NCBI GenBank assembly: GCA_044226015.1
Contig: JBGAHS010000003.1
Span: 128,001-192,000 of the forward strand
Length of the DNA: 64,000 nt
From: Candidatus Obscuribacteraceae bacterium
GTDB taxonomy: Bacteria > Cyanobacteriota > Vampirovibrionia > Obscuribacterales > Obscuribacteraceae
Direction of reading: 5' to 3'
Shown here one piece after another: positions 20,012 through 30,997 of this stretch. The notes beneath the pieces are model-generated. The model worked only from the letters and a program-made list of their open reading frames with translations, searched no databases and was not told the origin of the DNA. Within the stretch, counting starts at the first letter, position 1. Each line of letters starts with the position of its first letter. Position numbers and translations under genes: made by a program.

Positions 20012-20959
20012 TTAAACCGGGACAGAAACAGTGTTTAGTATTCGTTCTATCAACTTGGCGTGACTAACCTTATTGCCCCTCTGCTTAGGAATCACTCTGT
20101 GCCCAAACACGAATGGTGCCAGTTGTTTAGTATCTTCGGGCTTCACAAAATCTCTTCCATTTAGATATGCCGCTGCCTGGCTGGCACGCATAAGAAGCTG
20201 GCTGCCACGGGGGCTGACTCCCAGTGAAACCTCGCTATCATTTCGTGTTGCAGTTGCAATATCGACTATGTATTTCTTGATGGAACGATCGACTTTTACC
20301 TGTTTCACATTTTTTCGTGCGGCAAGAACCTGCTCAACAGAGAGAACCGACTCAACTTCAAATGAGCCCTCTGCCAGGGTTTTGTCGAGAATCTCAATCT
20401 CCTGATCCAGATCAGGATAACCAAGCTGCATTGACAGCATAAAGCGGTCTAGTTGTGCCTCTGGCAACGGAAAAGTTCCGTGATACTCAACTGGGTTCTG
20501 CGTTGAGATAACAAAAAATAATTCTGGCAATTTTCGAGTTTCACCATCTACGGTGACTTGCCCTTCCTCCATAGCTTCAAGCAAGCTAGATTGCGTGCGA
20601 GGAGTGGCTCGGTTGATTTCATCGGCCAACAAAATATTGGCAAACAGAGGACCAGGTTCAAACACGAAGTTACTATTTCGCTGGTCAAACACATTAATAC
20701 CCGTGACATCTGCCGGGAGCAAATCAGGGGTGCATTGAATTCTCTTAAAATCAGCGGATACAGATCGAGCCAGCGTCTTGGCAAGCAGAGTTTTCCCGAC
20801 TCCGGGCACATCTTCCAGGAGAACGTGACCACCAGCAAGAAAGGCAGTGCAAGCAAGATAGACAGCCTTTTGTTGACCAACCAGAACTGAGTTCATATTT
20901 GCCAACAAAGGCGATAAGTTGGCAGAGGCAGGATTATCGCGGGTTTCGAGTTTAGTCAA
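20012..20959 (-). CDS. moxR: MoxR family AAA+ ATPase
   Basis: GHVLLEDVPGVGKT, RIQCTPDLLPAD, LLADEINRATPRTQSSLLEAM, GTFPLPEAQLDRF. Confidence 0.95.
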   Translation of the reverse strand: MTKLETRDNPASANLSPLLANMNSVLVGQQKAVYLACTAFLAGGHVLLEDVPGVGKTLLAKTLARSVSADFKRIQCTPDLLPADVTGINVFDQRNSNFVFEPGPLFANILLADEINRATPRTQSSLLEAMEEGQVTVDGETRKLPELFFVISTQNPVEYHGTFPLPEAQLDRFMLSMQLGYPDLDQEIEILDKTLAEGSFEVESVLSVEQVLAARKNVKQVKVDRSIKKYIVDIATATRNDSEVSLGVSPRGSQLLMRASQAAAYLNGRDFVKPEDTKQLAPFVFGHRVIPKQRGNKVSHAKLIERILNTVSVPV

Positions 20960-21138
20960 AGTAGTTCCTCCGGAATTGGTTTATTCCCTGACAACACCCC
21001 AAAACCACCTCCTGGTCAAGTTTTGTGACTGCTTGACTGTTCAAAGCTGTCTGCCATGCAGAAGGCAACAATCGTTGCAAAAAGCTGCCTGACGATGAAT
21101 ACACGCTATAATTGGCGAGTTCAGCAGAGGGTAATTCA

Positions 21139-22071
<933 letters not shown>

Positions 22072-22125
22072 GCGAGCAAAATTCTGAGCACGCAGCTAAG
22101 AAACGAATTCTATGCTTCGGCTTAG

Positions 22126-25100
22126 CTACGCTTTGGGGCGCGGAACAGGAATCTTGATTTGCGCACCATTATTAGTCACGACAACGACATCAGAATCATT
22201 GTCTTTCTGGAATTCAATCTTAGCTTTAGCACCAAGCAATTGATTCAAAGCTTTGAGATAAGTGTCGCGATCCTTCCCTGCGGAAGGAACCTTTGTGCCC
22301 AGCTCTTGTAGCAACTTAGCTTGATTTTGAGGATCTTTGAGATCGGTAGAAAGCACCGCGGAAATGGCTTCTACTTGCTTCTGAGTTGCTTGCAAATTTC
22401 CGTCGCGATCGCGATGAAACTCTCCAGCTTCTCCGCCAGGCTTCTTGAACGTCTCGTCAGTGCTGCCGTCCTTGCTTACCACGACCTTGTTGTCTTTGTT
22501 GATGTTAACGGTCAATACGCCGTCTTTATCAACAGAGGCGGACAGCTCAGGATAAGATGTCGTTTTCAAACGCTCTACGTTCGCCCTTGCTGTTCCGGGT
22601 TGCGCCGGAGGCAGAACGAAATCTGAAACATTCCCTTTGGCGTCAGCCACGTAAGACATCGACAGATCTTTACCGTCAGCTGACTTCCAAGTCTTATCAA
22701 CAGAATAGAGCCCCTCTGATGGTGACCATTCAGTGTGAGTGCTTATGTTAGTCTTTTCGTCTTTGCTATCTGATACCAGAAGTCCATCGTCACTTAGCTT
22801 GTTTTCGTATTTGGTTCCCGGAGGCAAAGCTTCAAGCTTTCCTTCGCCATTCTTGTCTTTGAATCCAACAATTTTGCCACCATCTAGAATTGGCTCGAAC
22901 TCCTTCCCGCCCATAGTGATACTATCAACGGTGCCATCACTCTTAAGCCTGGCTTCCATTCCATTTTGATACGTGGCTTTCGTCTTACCGTCAAGATTCT
23001 CAACTACTGAGCCATTCGGCTTTAGCAATACTTGATCATTGCTTCCTGGCTTGCTCGACTTGATGATAGCATTGCCATCTTTGTCTTTTTGGATATCGTT
23101 CAAATTCCAATCTTTGGGATCAAGCGTTTTTCCGGTAGGAATAGTCTTCGCTTTTCCATCATCTCCAATGCGAAGAATAGGATTGTTCTGATCATTGTTC
23201 AAGCCCATCGGCTTGCCATCTTTGAGCGAAGAGGTGCGATAGAAATTCTCGCCTGGAGCTTTCTCAGATTTGCTTCGCTCTTTCAAATCATAAACAGTAT
23301 TAACATCTTTACCGTCTTTCTCAGAAACGACCACGAAGCGTCCGCGATCCGCTCCGATCGACTTTACAGGCGGCTGCCCAGCAACAAGAGTTTCCTTTAC
23401 AGCACCAGGTTTGGTCGGGTCATTAGCAGCAATTTGCAACTCAGTGATCGTAGACTTGGTTTGATCATTTCCATTTGCACCCTTAACAGTCTCTAGCTTC
23501 ATCTTCGCTATAGATCCGTCTGGCAAATAGAATGCGCCCTTGTCCTTGCCCATCTGAGTGACAGTGCCATCTTGAAGGACGTCGATCTTCCCGTCCTTAG
23601 AAGATAGGTTGACATCAACTCCGTTGCGATTGAATTGAACGGTACGATCTCCAGAAGCCTTATCAATCGTCTCTTTAATTCCATTGCCGCGGTCAACAAT
23701 CTTCTGGGTTTCTGTTTCAGTAAAATTGTCTCCCCTGGGCGCTCGGTTGAAGACTTCGACCTTGCCACCCTGACCGGGGCGTTCTGTCCTGATGGTACCA
23801 TCAGCGGTGGTGTTAAAATTCATATTCTCGAGCTTGCCACCATTTATTGGCTTGCCCTCACCATCTGTCACTGACCAGCTGTTATAGCCATTGGGCTTGA
23901 ACTGGTCCCTCGGAGGTTTATCAGCGGGTTGTCGGGGAGTATTCGCACCTTCGCGTCCCGTCCATTCTTGCATGCCAGGATTTTTCTCATCACCCTTGCG
24001 TGTCAGTACCTGCTTGATTTTTCCATCAGGCGATAGTTCTGTCACCTGCGAGATATCACCATCACCGTCGTGCTTAAACTTAAAGGTTCCCTTGGGTCCG
24101 TTAACCTCAGTCACCCGACCTGCAGCATCCTTCTCAACTACAGTAGGCTTGTCGCCCTGATTTTCAGGCGAATACATGGTTACAACAGAACCATCCTTTC
24201 GCTTCAAGGCCATTTTAGGCTCATCTTTAAATACGACGAGCTTATCGCCTTCCTTACCTAGCGGTTGACCCGTGCGAGGGTCATTCAATTTACTGGCGTC
24301 GGTCTGAGTTCCTTCGCGATAAGTCGAACCGTCATAATGGCGGACAGTCTGCTTGCCGTCTTTGGAAACTTCGGTCTGGGTTCCATTTTGCCAATCGCAA
24401 TTCATCTTAGACCCATCGGCATAACCGATGGTTGTTTTGTCAGATTGAGGTGGACCAGGCTGCGTATCGCGCTCTATAAAAGCCGGCTTCTTCGGATCAG
24501 CAGGCACGAATTCAATTCGCTTTCCGTCTTGCGACTCCTTGAAATTGCGCCAGTTAAAGCCATCCCAGGCTTGCTGACCAATCATTTTGCCATCAGGACC
24601 AGTTACAGTTTTTTTCCAATTTTTGAAGTCGTAGTCTTCAGTATTTCCGTTAGCACGACGAACAACTTCATGCCGATCAGGTCCTTCACCAGTCTTATAG
24701 CGCAAGTCGCCTGACTTGTTCAGATGAACATCGCCAACTACTTTCGTTACTTCAACTTCCTTGCCTTCACTGTCTTTTACTTTGACTTTCTGTGTTTCGA
24801 CCGGCAAGCCTTCGAGATTTACTTTGCCATCTTTGTCTGGCGCAAACTTACCTGTGCCCGACTTAACTATCAACTTCCCATCTTCGCCGCGCTCCATTTC
24901 CAGCTTGCTGGGCGGGTCACCCGGAGCTTCGACGGACATTGAACTAATCTTCCCATCCGGTCCATACTTAACTTTGTAATCGCGATCGCCGATTTGCATG
25001 TGCGTCGGCATGCCAGTTTCTTTATCGACATCGACGACACCGGCTCGCTCTCCCTCTCCAAGCGGCTTTCTAATATCTCCATTTTCTGGTTTTTGAAAAG

Positions 25101-26088
25101 TTCGGTTATCGTTAGTGGTAACCACATCAGGCTTACCATCAAACTTTGCCACCTGCTTTATGCCATTGGGAGAGCCGTCATTTCTGTAAGTATCTACTTC
25201 TTTGGCACCATCAGGTCCATTGCTACGATATTCTTTTTTGACTGCCGGCTGATCTTTACTTGGCTCTTTGAAGGCTGTGACCTTGCTTATGTCACCCTTT
25301 TCAAAACTGGTGACAGTCTTATCGCCATATTTATCGACAGTGCGTGCAGTGGTGTCTGAGGTGTCACCTGGCGCTTTCTCGCGGAACTTTTCTGTCTGTC
25401 TTAATCCCTCAGCTTGGCCGGGAGGATATGTGACTCTCTCTGCAAGCTCGCCTTCATTAAAGGTAGTTTTGACTTTACCATCAAGGTATGTTGTCTTTTC
25501 AGACTTACCATCGCTAGACTTCTCCGACGCTACGCCAGAGTCAATCATCTGCTGAAGAGTCTTTCCAGCGAACTGCTCTGTAGAAGTTTTCGGGTCTAAG
25601 TCAGTGCGTTTGCCGTCTCTATCTACCTTCGAATACTTTTGCGATTTGGGATCATACTCAATCGCGGTATTTTCATCGATTCGAGTGCTGGTCTTGCCGG
25701 TAGAGTCGACGTATTGTCCTGATTCTTTATCAGCAATTTTTAGAGAACGAAAATTACCTTGGCCCTTGTCCCAAGACTCGACCTTAGCGTCCTCTTTCGC
25801 TGCCGGAGGAGCGTCCTTAGCAGCAGGCGCTGCGTCTTTGTTCTTCTCAAATAACTTTTGCAGACTCTGCGCTGCAAGGTCGCCCGGCTCGCCGCCAGGC
25901 ACTGCACCCTGATTGTACTTGTAGTTGTCGCCCTTATCACGATTCATGAAATCGGTGCGGGCTTGATTCAACAAATCAGAAAACTGATCCGAAAGGCGGC
26001 TACTGGTGCCACTCTCCTCAATAGTTGGTGAGAACCTCTCAGCCTCATCCACCTTGGTTTTCGTTGGTCCTTCGTTGCCTTCTGCCAT
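22126..26088 (-). CDS. Very large hydrophilic, beta-hairpin-repeat-rich hypothetical protein
   Basis: 1320-aa uninterrupted ORF rich in DG/K/T turns, with YD/RHS-like segments (KDAAGRVTEV, KHDGDGDISQV); no signal peptide. Confidence 0.8.
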   Translation of the reverse strand: MAEGNEGPTKTKVDEAERFSPTIEESGTSSRLSDQFSDLLNQARTDFMNRDKGDNYKYNQGAVPGGEPGDLAAQSLQKLFEKNKDAAPAAKDAPPAAKEDAKVESWDKGQGNFRSLKIADKESGQYVDSTGKTSTRIDENTAIEYDPKSQKYSKVDRDGKRTDLDPKTSTEQFAGKTLQQMIDSGVASEKSSDGKSEKTTYLDGKVKTTFNEGELAERVTYPPGQAEGLRQTEKFREKAPGDTSDTTARTVDKYGDKTVTSFEKGDISKVTAFKEPSKDQPAVKKEYRSNGPDGAKEVDTYRNDGSPNGIKQVAKFDGKPDVVTTNDNRTFQKPENGDIRKPLGEGERAGVVDVDKETGMPTHMQIGDRDYKVKYGPDGKISSMSVEAPGDPPSKLEMERGEDGKLIVKSGTGKFAPDKDGKVNLEGLPVETQKVKVKDSEGKEVEVTKVVGDVHLNKSGDLRYKTGEGPDRHEVVRRANGNTEDYDFKNWKKTVTGPDGKMIGQQAWDGFNWRNFKESQDGKRIEFVPADPKKPAFIERDTQPGPPQSDKTTIGYADGSKMNCDWQNGTQTEVSKDGKQTVRHYDGSTYREGTQTDASKLNDPRTGQPLGKEGDKLVVFKDEPKMALKRKDGSVVTMYSPENQGDKPTVVEKDAAGRVTEVNGPKGTFKFKHDGDGDISQVTELSPDGKIKQVLTRKGDEKNPGMQEWTGREGANTPRQPADKPPRDQFKPNGYNSWSVTDGEGKPINGGKLENMNFNTTADGTIRTERPGQGGKVEVFNRAPRGDNFTETETQKIVDRGNGIKETIDKASGDRTVQFNRNGVDVNLSSKDGKIDVLQDGTVTQMGKDKGAFYLPDGSIAKMKLETVKGANGNDQTKSTITELQIAANDPTKPGAVKETLVAGQPPVKSIGADRGRFVVVSEKDGKDVNTVYDLKERSKSEKAPGENFYRTSSLKDGKPMGLNNDQNNPILRIGDDGKAKTIPTGKTLDPKDWNLNDIQKDKDGNAIIKSSKPGSNDQVLLKPNGSVVENLDGKTKATYQNGMEARLKSDGTVDSITMGGKEFEPILDGGKIVGFKDKNGEGKLEALPPGTKYENKLSDDGLLVSDSKDEKTNISTHTEWSPSEGLYSVDKTWKSADGKDLSMSYVADAKGNVSDFVLPPAQPGTARANVERLKTTSYPELSASVDKDGVLTVNINKDNKVVVSKDGSTDETFKKPGGEAGEFHRDRDGNLQATQKQVEAISAVLSTDLKDPQNQAKLLQELGTKVPSAGKDRDTYLKALNQLLGAKAKIEFQKDNDSDVVVVTNNGAQIKIPVPRPKA

Positions 26089-26419
26089 GATTTTCAGGTC
26101 CTATAATTCGCGACTTCCATTAACCCAAGACAGAGACTGAACCAGTCTCGCCATTTCTGGGCCGCCCATAATCAATCTGGTAATGGTCATCCCCTGGCAC
26201 ATTGTGCCCTGAGAACGACTTTTGCTAACTCTGCATGCCAAGCACACAGCCGCAAGATTAACCGCATCTAAGAAATTTTAATGTGGACCGAAGCTTTCCC
26301 AATGGAACTCCCAAATTAATCATTCCTCTGCAGATAGGCTTAAAAGGCATCCGTAGATGTAAACGGGTGCAAAGTGCTAGCCTTGTCAGGCTCGAAGAGC
26401 CTAATTCTCGGACATTGAG

Positions 26420-27667
26420 ATGAAAGCATTTGTCAGCATCTGCCTGCCAGTTCGCAATGGCGCTGCGTTTTTGGAAGCAGCGCTAGAAAGCATTCTATGT
26501 CAAACATTTCCAGACTTTGAAATTCTTGCCCCTGATGATTGCTCAGACGACAGTAGCTTCGCGATTCTAGAAAAATATGCGCAACTAGACCCACGGGTCA
26601 AGACCTGGAGAAACCAGCGACAGCTCGGCTTATTCGCAAATTACAATCAGTGCATCCTCAATGGTTTAGGCAGCTACATCAAACCAATGGCACAAGATGA
26701 CATAATCGAACCAAGAATGCTTGAGGTATGCCTTGCTCGGTTCGCAGAACAACCGCAGCTTGCACTGGTCAGCACAGGACGAAAGATTCTTGATGAAGAC
26801 ATTAAAGAATACTTCCCGCCAACCGATATCGCCACACCAATCACACTCTTAAAAGAGCACGCATCATATAGCAGACAAGAAATCTGGCGCACTTGTTTGA
26901 TGCCACTGCGAAATATAATCGGCGAACCTTGCACTGTTATGTTTCGATCAGACACAAATTGCATGTTTTCAGAGCAATTGTTTCACGTTGGCGACCTGGA
27001 ACTCTGGCTAAGGCTTATGAGACATGGAGATTACTCCTATATTCCGGACGAACTCGCCACATACCGCAGACACAAAAACAACGCGACTACTCAAAATATG
27101 CGACAGTTGCGCGTAGTAAACGACATCATCCACTGCGGAGACACGCTCTCCTCAATAATGGCAGAGTGTGGAATTTCTAAAGAAGACTTTTTGAAGACGA
27201 ACTTAAAGAGCTTCGCAAGCCAAATACAAGTCCAAGTCAACGAAGGTATTTTTAGGGAGGCAGAGGACAATTCGCAAGAAATGGAATTGAGCCAGGCGGA
27301 AATGAAAGCTCTAAAGCGAGGGCTAATTCATACGCTAATGCTCCTAGCCAAAAACGACGAGAGCCAGACAAACGCTCAAGAAGATTGCAAGAAAATCGAG
27401 CTCAACGAAAGCAAATTGCGACTTCTGCTACAAAGTTTCCCCTGGCGAATTACTCGTCCACTGCGAGAATGCAAAAGAGCATTTGTCACACTGAGAAACA
27501 AAAGAATAAAAGAAACTAGCTTTTCATTTTCCTTCAAAAATCCGATTGAGTACTTAGACTACTTGCGAGCAGAAAGAAAGCGCATCGTCGAGAGCCGCTC
27601 ATGGAAAGTGGGTAAATTCCTTCTAGCAATTTTGAAATCTGCGCGCCTGAAGAGAAGCCTGCAATGA
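26420..27667 (+). CDS. Glycosyltransferase family 2
   Basis: VSICLPVRNGAAFL, DDCSDD, AQDD (DxD-like), GEPCTVMFR, DLELWLRL. Confidence 0.92.
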   Translation: MKAFVSICLPVRNGAAFLEAALESILCQTFPDFEILAPDDCSDDSSFAILEKYAQLDPRVKTWRNQRQLGLFANYNQCILNGLGSYIKPMAQDDIIEPRMLEVCLARFAEQPQLALVSTGRKILDEDIKEYFPPTDIATPITLLKEHASYSRQEIWRTCLMPLRNIIGEPCTVMFRSDTNCMFSEQLFHVGDLELWLRLMRHGDYSYIPDELATYRRHKNNATTQNMRQLRVVNDIIHCGDTLSSIMAECGISKEDFLKTNLKSFASQIQVQVNEGIFREAEDNSQEMELSQAEMKALKRGLIHTLMLLAKNDESQTNAQEDCKKIELNESKLRLLLQSFPWRITRPLRECKRAFVTLRNKRIKETSFSFSFKNPIEYLDYLRAERKRIVESRSWKVGKFLLAILKSARLKRSLQ

Positions 27668-29046
27668 CTCTTTCCAGTAATATAAGAGTTGATGAATACA
27701 GCGGGCGAATATGCTCAGCTGCACTGCTTTTTCATTTCCTAATGCTCTTCGTACAAACTTCCAACCTGGAGTTCCTACTTCCAAGGGTTCTTCTGGCAGG
27801 CAATATAGCTCAAGTTACTTTGGTGAGCATCCCCATAATCATTCTTTTTCTCAAGTCAGCACCTCACTTAAGTCCAGTAGTAAATGAGATGAGCGAAGAG
27901 CGATCGGCTTGGAAGAAAGCAGCCTGGACTTGTTGCGCGTATGGCGTAATGCTCACTATATCAAGCCTCCACACCATTGACGGAGCTTTAACACTAAGTC
28001 AAATCTATCTCATTCCAGCAACAATCTTTTCATTGACATTTTGCGCACCCAGACTGATGAAGCAGTCTCATTATCGCGCACTATTCTTTTCCATAATCAG
28101 CTTGATGCTTGCGCATAGCCTTCTTACCTTATGCATCATGCTTACTGGCATCGAACAAATTGGGGGTGTTTCTGTTGTTTCAGAAAGTGGTCGCAGCAAA
28201 CACTTTCTTGGATACAATCTTTTCCCAAGCAACGGATTTTTCTCCAACGCCAATTCAATCGGAAGTTTTCTTATGTACATTCCGGGAATGATTCTTGCTG
28301 GCGGCATCTTCGGCTTGGGCAAAGTACAAAAACTGATTCTGAACACAATCATAATTGCCAGCACAATAGCATCGTTCTGCAGAGCTGCGATACTGACAGT
28401 GCTCTGCTCCACGATACTACCAGCAGTGCCAGCAAGGAAAAAGAAAGCAAGCATCGCTATAGCCATCACTGCAGTTTCGCTTGCACTAGCCTTTCCTGTG
28501 TTCTCGCCTATTCTTGACGCCTTCGACCCAAATGCAAGGTTGGTAAGCAAGCATGGCTCGCCAGTTTTCCAGCAACAGTGGCGCGCAAACGAAGCACGAG
28601 CAACCTTAGAAGACCGAGCTCAAATCTGGACTCACATGGTCAGATCACTCGACGCCAGACACCTTTTAATGGGCTACGGACTTTATGGCATCAATTACAA
28701 CGGTAAGACACCACACAATTTTCTTCTTGCAAATCTGGTCTATTATGGCTCTGCAGGACTGACTTGCATAATTCTCCTCTTGCTGAACCTCTGCTTGCAA
28801 GTTATTCGACGCACTCGGCACAATCAACAACTAATGCCGCTGGCAGCAAGCTTAGCAGCCGTGTTATGCATTCATGGTCAGTTCGAGTACATATTGACGC
28901 ATCCACTTTTCTTCAGCAATTCTATGTTCTGGCTATTGATTGGATTCACCTGCTTTGCACCGCTAAGCACATCTACAGCCAGCGAGGAAAGCAATAAAGC
29001 AGCAAGCGACATCGATAAGCAAGTGAAGATTCTGGCAAAAAGCTGA
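27664..29046 (+). CDS. O-antigen ligase/polymerase-like (Wzy_C) membrane protein
   Basis: Many TM helices; GFFSNAN, SFCRAA, R..IW...LMGYGLYG...PHNFLL periplasmic-loop motif; translationally coupled to flanking GTs. Confidence 0.75.
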   Translation: MTLSSNIRVDEYSGRICSAALLFHFLMLFVQTSNLEFLLPRVLLAGNIAQVTLVSIPIIILFLKSAPHLSPVVNEMSEERSAWKKAAWTCCAYGVMLTISSLHTIDGALTLSQIYLIPATIFSLTFCAPRLMKQSHYRALFFSIISLMLAHSLLTLCIMLTGIEQIGGVSVVSESGRSKHFLGYNLFPSNGFFSNANSIGSFLMYIPGMILAGGIFGLGKVQKLILNTIIIASTIASFCRAAILTVLCSTILPAVPARKKKASIAIAITAVSLALAFPVFSPILDAFDPNARLVSKHGSPVFQQQWRANEARATLEDRAQIWTHMVRSLDARHLLMGYGLYGINYNGKTPHNFLLANLVYYGSAGLTCIILLLLNLCLQVIRRTRHNQQLMPLAASLAAVLCIHGQFEYILTHPLFFSNSMFWLLIGFTCFAPLSTSTASEESNKAASDIDKQVKILAKS

Positions 29047-30068
29047 TGCGCATCGCATTTGTTTTACCATCAAATAGCATCACCGGTGGAATCATTACAG
29101 TTCTGCGACACGCACGCTTCCTGCGCTCAGCAGGACACGACGTTCATGTTGGATTTCTGCGCGGTGACGACTTCAAACCGGTAGTACTCGAAAAACTTGA
29201 GGGAATCAAATTTTGCAGCGTTGAAAGGCTCAAACAAGGCGAACCCTTTGATGCAATAGTCGGCACCTGGTGGGAAACCGTCGAAGGGTTATATGAATTA
29301 CCCGCAAAACACTATTTCTACTTTGTTCAGGGCTTCGAAGACGAGTTCTATTCGGCAGGCACGGAAGAACCAGACAGAGTGCGACAAACATACCAACAGC
29401 CTCTTCATTTTATAAGCATCTCAAATGCAATAAAAATGAGACTCCAGCACGACTTCGCCAAAGAATCTTGCCTGGTGCCACCAGGAATTGAACTAGCAGA
29501 TTTTGCTTCATGCTCACAAGCGATACCTTCCAGAGATAAAACGCGTGTTCTCGTCGAAGGTTCACCCACAGTGGAATTCAAGAGAGTAAAAGAGACTCTC
29601 GAAATACTGCAAGACTTTTCAGAACTGGAAATCGTCTATGTTTCACCAGAAGGACGCCCCAACTTTGACCTGCGCATAGATTATTTTTTCCAATCACTGA
29701 AGTACTGGCAGATTCCATCAATTTTCAAAAGCTGCACATTCTTATTAAAGCTAAGTCGAACAGAGAGCTTCTGTATGCCAGTTCTCGAAATGTTTGCATG
29801 CGGACGTACAGCCATAGTAACGGCATTCAAAGGCCACCAGGAATACATCACTCATGAACACAACGCGCTAGTAGTCCGCCAGGAACTGGACAAAAAAGAA
29901 ATCCGCGATGCTGTCAGCTTGTTGTTGAGCGATGGGGATCTCTTGCATGACTTATCGAGAAACGCTGAAATAAGCGCAAAAGCTTACCCGGCGGAAGCAT
30001 CCACAAGGATGTTCCTGCACGCACTATTAGAGCCTGACGGAAACTGCGCTGCCTGCAAAAGAAACTAG
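29046..30068 (+). CDS. Glycosyltransferase family 4 (GT-B)
   Basis: MRIAFVLP...TGG, GHDVHV, YFVQGFE, ESFCMPVLEMFACG (EX7E motif). Confidence 0.88.
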   Translation: MRIAFVLPSNSITGGIITVLRHARFLRSAGHDVHVGFLRGDDFKPVVLEKLEGIKFCSVERLKQGEPFDAIVGTWWETVEGLYELPAKHYFYFVQGFEDEFYSAGTEEPDRVRQTYQQPLHFISISNAIKMRLQHDFAKESCLVPPGIELADFASCSQAIPSRDKTRVLVEGSPTVEFKRVKETLEILQDFSELEIVYVSPEGRPNFDLRIDYFFQSLKYWQIPSIFKSCTFLLKLSRTESFCMPVLEMFACGRTAIVTAFKGHQEYITHEHNALVVRQELDKKEIRDAVSLLLSDGDLLHDLSRNAEISAKAYPAEASTRMFLHALLEPDGNCAACKRN

Positions 30069-30814
30069 CGAATTTCTGGAAGCGTCTTTACGAAACGATC
30101 ACCATTGACTTCAAGAGTGACACTATCTTTATCGACAACTAGCACAGATACCGGCAAGTTGTTGATGTTGCGCACCTGCTCTCCAGGTGCAAGACAAACG
30201 ACTTCCGGCTTTTCATTTCGACTCATACCTTCCTTGCGCATCAGAAGCATGGCTCTATTGCCGATTATTCCGGTTACTTTGATGCCAAACTTCCGCTCAG
30301 GAGTGTGACTGACAGCATCAAACTGGGCAACCTGATGAGAGCGTTGCACAGGCGCTGCAGCCACCGGGTCTGGGGGAGGTGGCGGCACAAAACCAGGATA
30401 ACTCACCATCTTGCCTGTAGGCTTCTTCTTGCTTACAAAAACATCTGACGTCAAACCACTATCATCCATGGCTCTAACGACACAGCTTGACGCAGTTTTT
30501 ATCGATTTCATCGGCTCGTCAGAACCTGCATCTTTGCGCGCCAGTTTTTGCACTTCGTTTCGCTTGGAAGCCGGATATCTCACGTCAGCTTCGACAGTTT
30601 GTGCACTTGCAACTTTAGTTGCCGAACCAGCCTCAGCAGTATTTTCGCTCTTTGTAATTTCGGAACCAACTGTAGAATCGGCAACAACCGAACTGGAATC
30701 TTTAGCTTTATCAGCATTAGTCCAGATTGCCAGTGCAACTGTGGCGGACAGTAAGACGTTCGCGCAGACCACGAGGATCAAGCGGGTTTTCTGAGAACTT
30801 TCCATGGGAATCAC
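30065..30814 (-). CDS. Membrane-anchored hypothetical protein, possibly PilP/GspC-like pilus or secretion accessory
   Basis: N-terminal TM, disordered linker with PPPPP, C-terminal beta domain IKVTGIIGNRAML...LAPGEQV...VDKDSVTL. Confidence 0.55.
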   Translation of the reverse strand: MIPMESSQKTRLILVVCANVLLSATVALAIWTNADKAKDSSSVVADSTVGSEITKSENTAEAGSATKVASAQTVEADVRYPASKRNEVQKLARKDAGSDEPMKSIKTASSCVVRAMDDSGLTSDVFVSKKKPTGKMVSYPGFVPPPPPDPVAAAPVQRSHQVAQFDAVSHTPERKFGIKVTGIIGNRAMLLMRKEGMSRNEKPEVVCLAPGEQVRNINNLPVSVLVVDKDSVTLEVNGDRFVKTLPEIR

Positions 30815-30997
30815 CCTTTAGTAATTGGCTACAAAGAGCCTGGAGCGATTGCATTATATATGAAAGTCAGAAATCTCTCTTGACCACAAGTTAAGCTATC
30901 CCTTTGCTAGAGCAGGACAGAGCTGCGGCAGCTCCTGAGCAGAGTCAGCTCCGAACTTTTCAATCAATAAGGTGATACGCTAGCTTAAACTTAATAC

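Noticed and set aside
26132..26208. Short inverted repeats GAGACTG-AAC-CAGTCTC and GGCACA-T-TGTGCC upstream of the 1320-aa gene; possible sigma54 promoter
   Set aside because: GG-N10-GC spacing is not met on either strand, and the palindromes are too short to call without conservation data.
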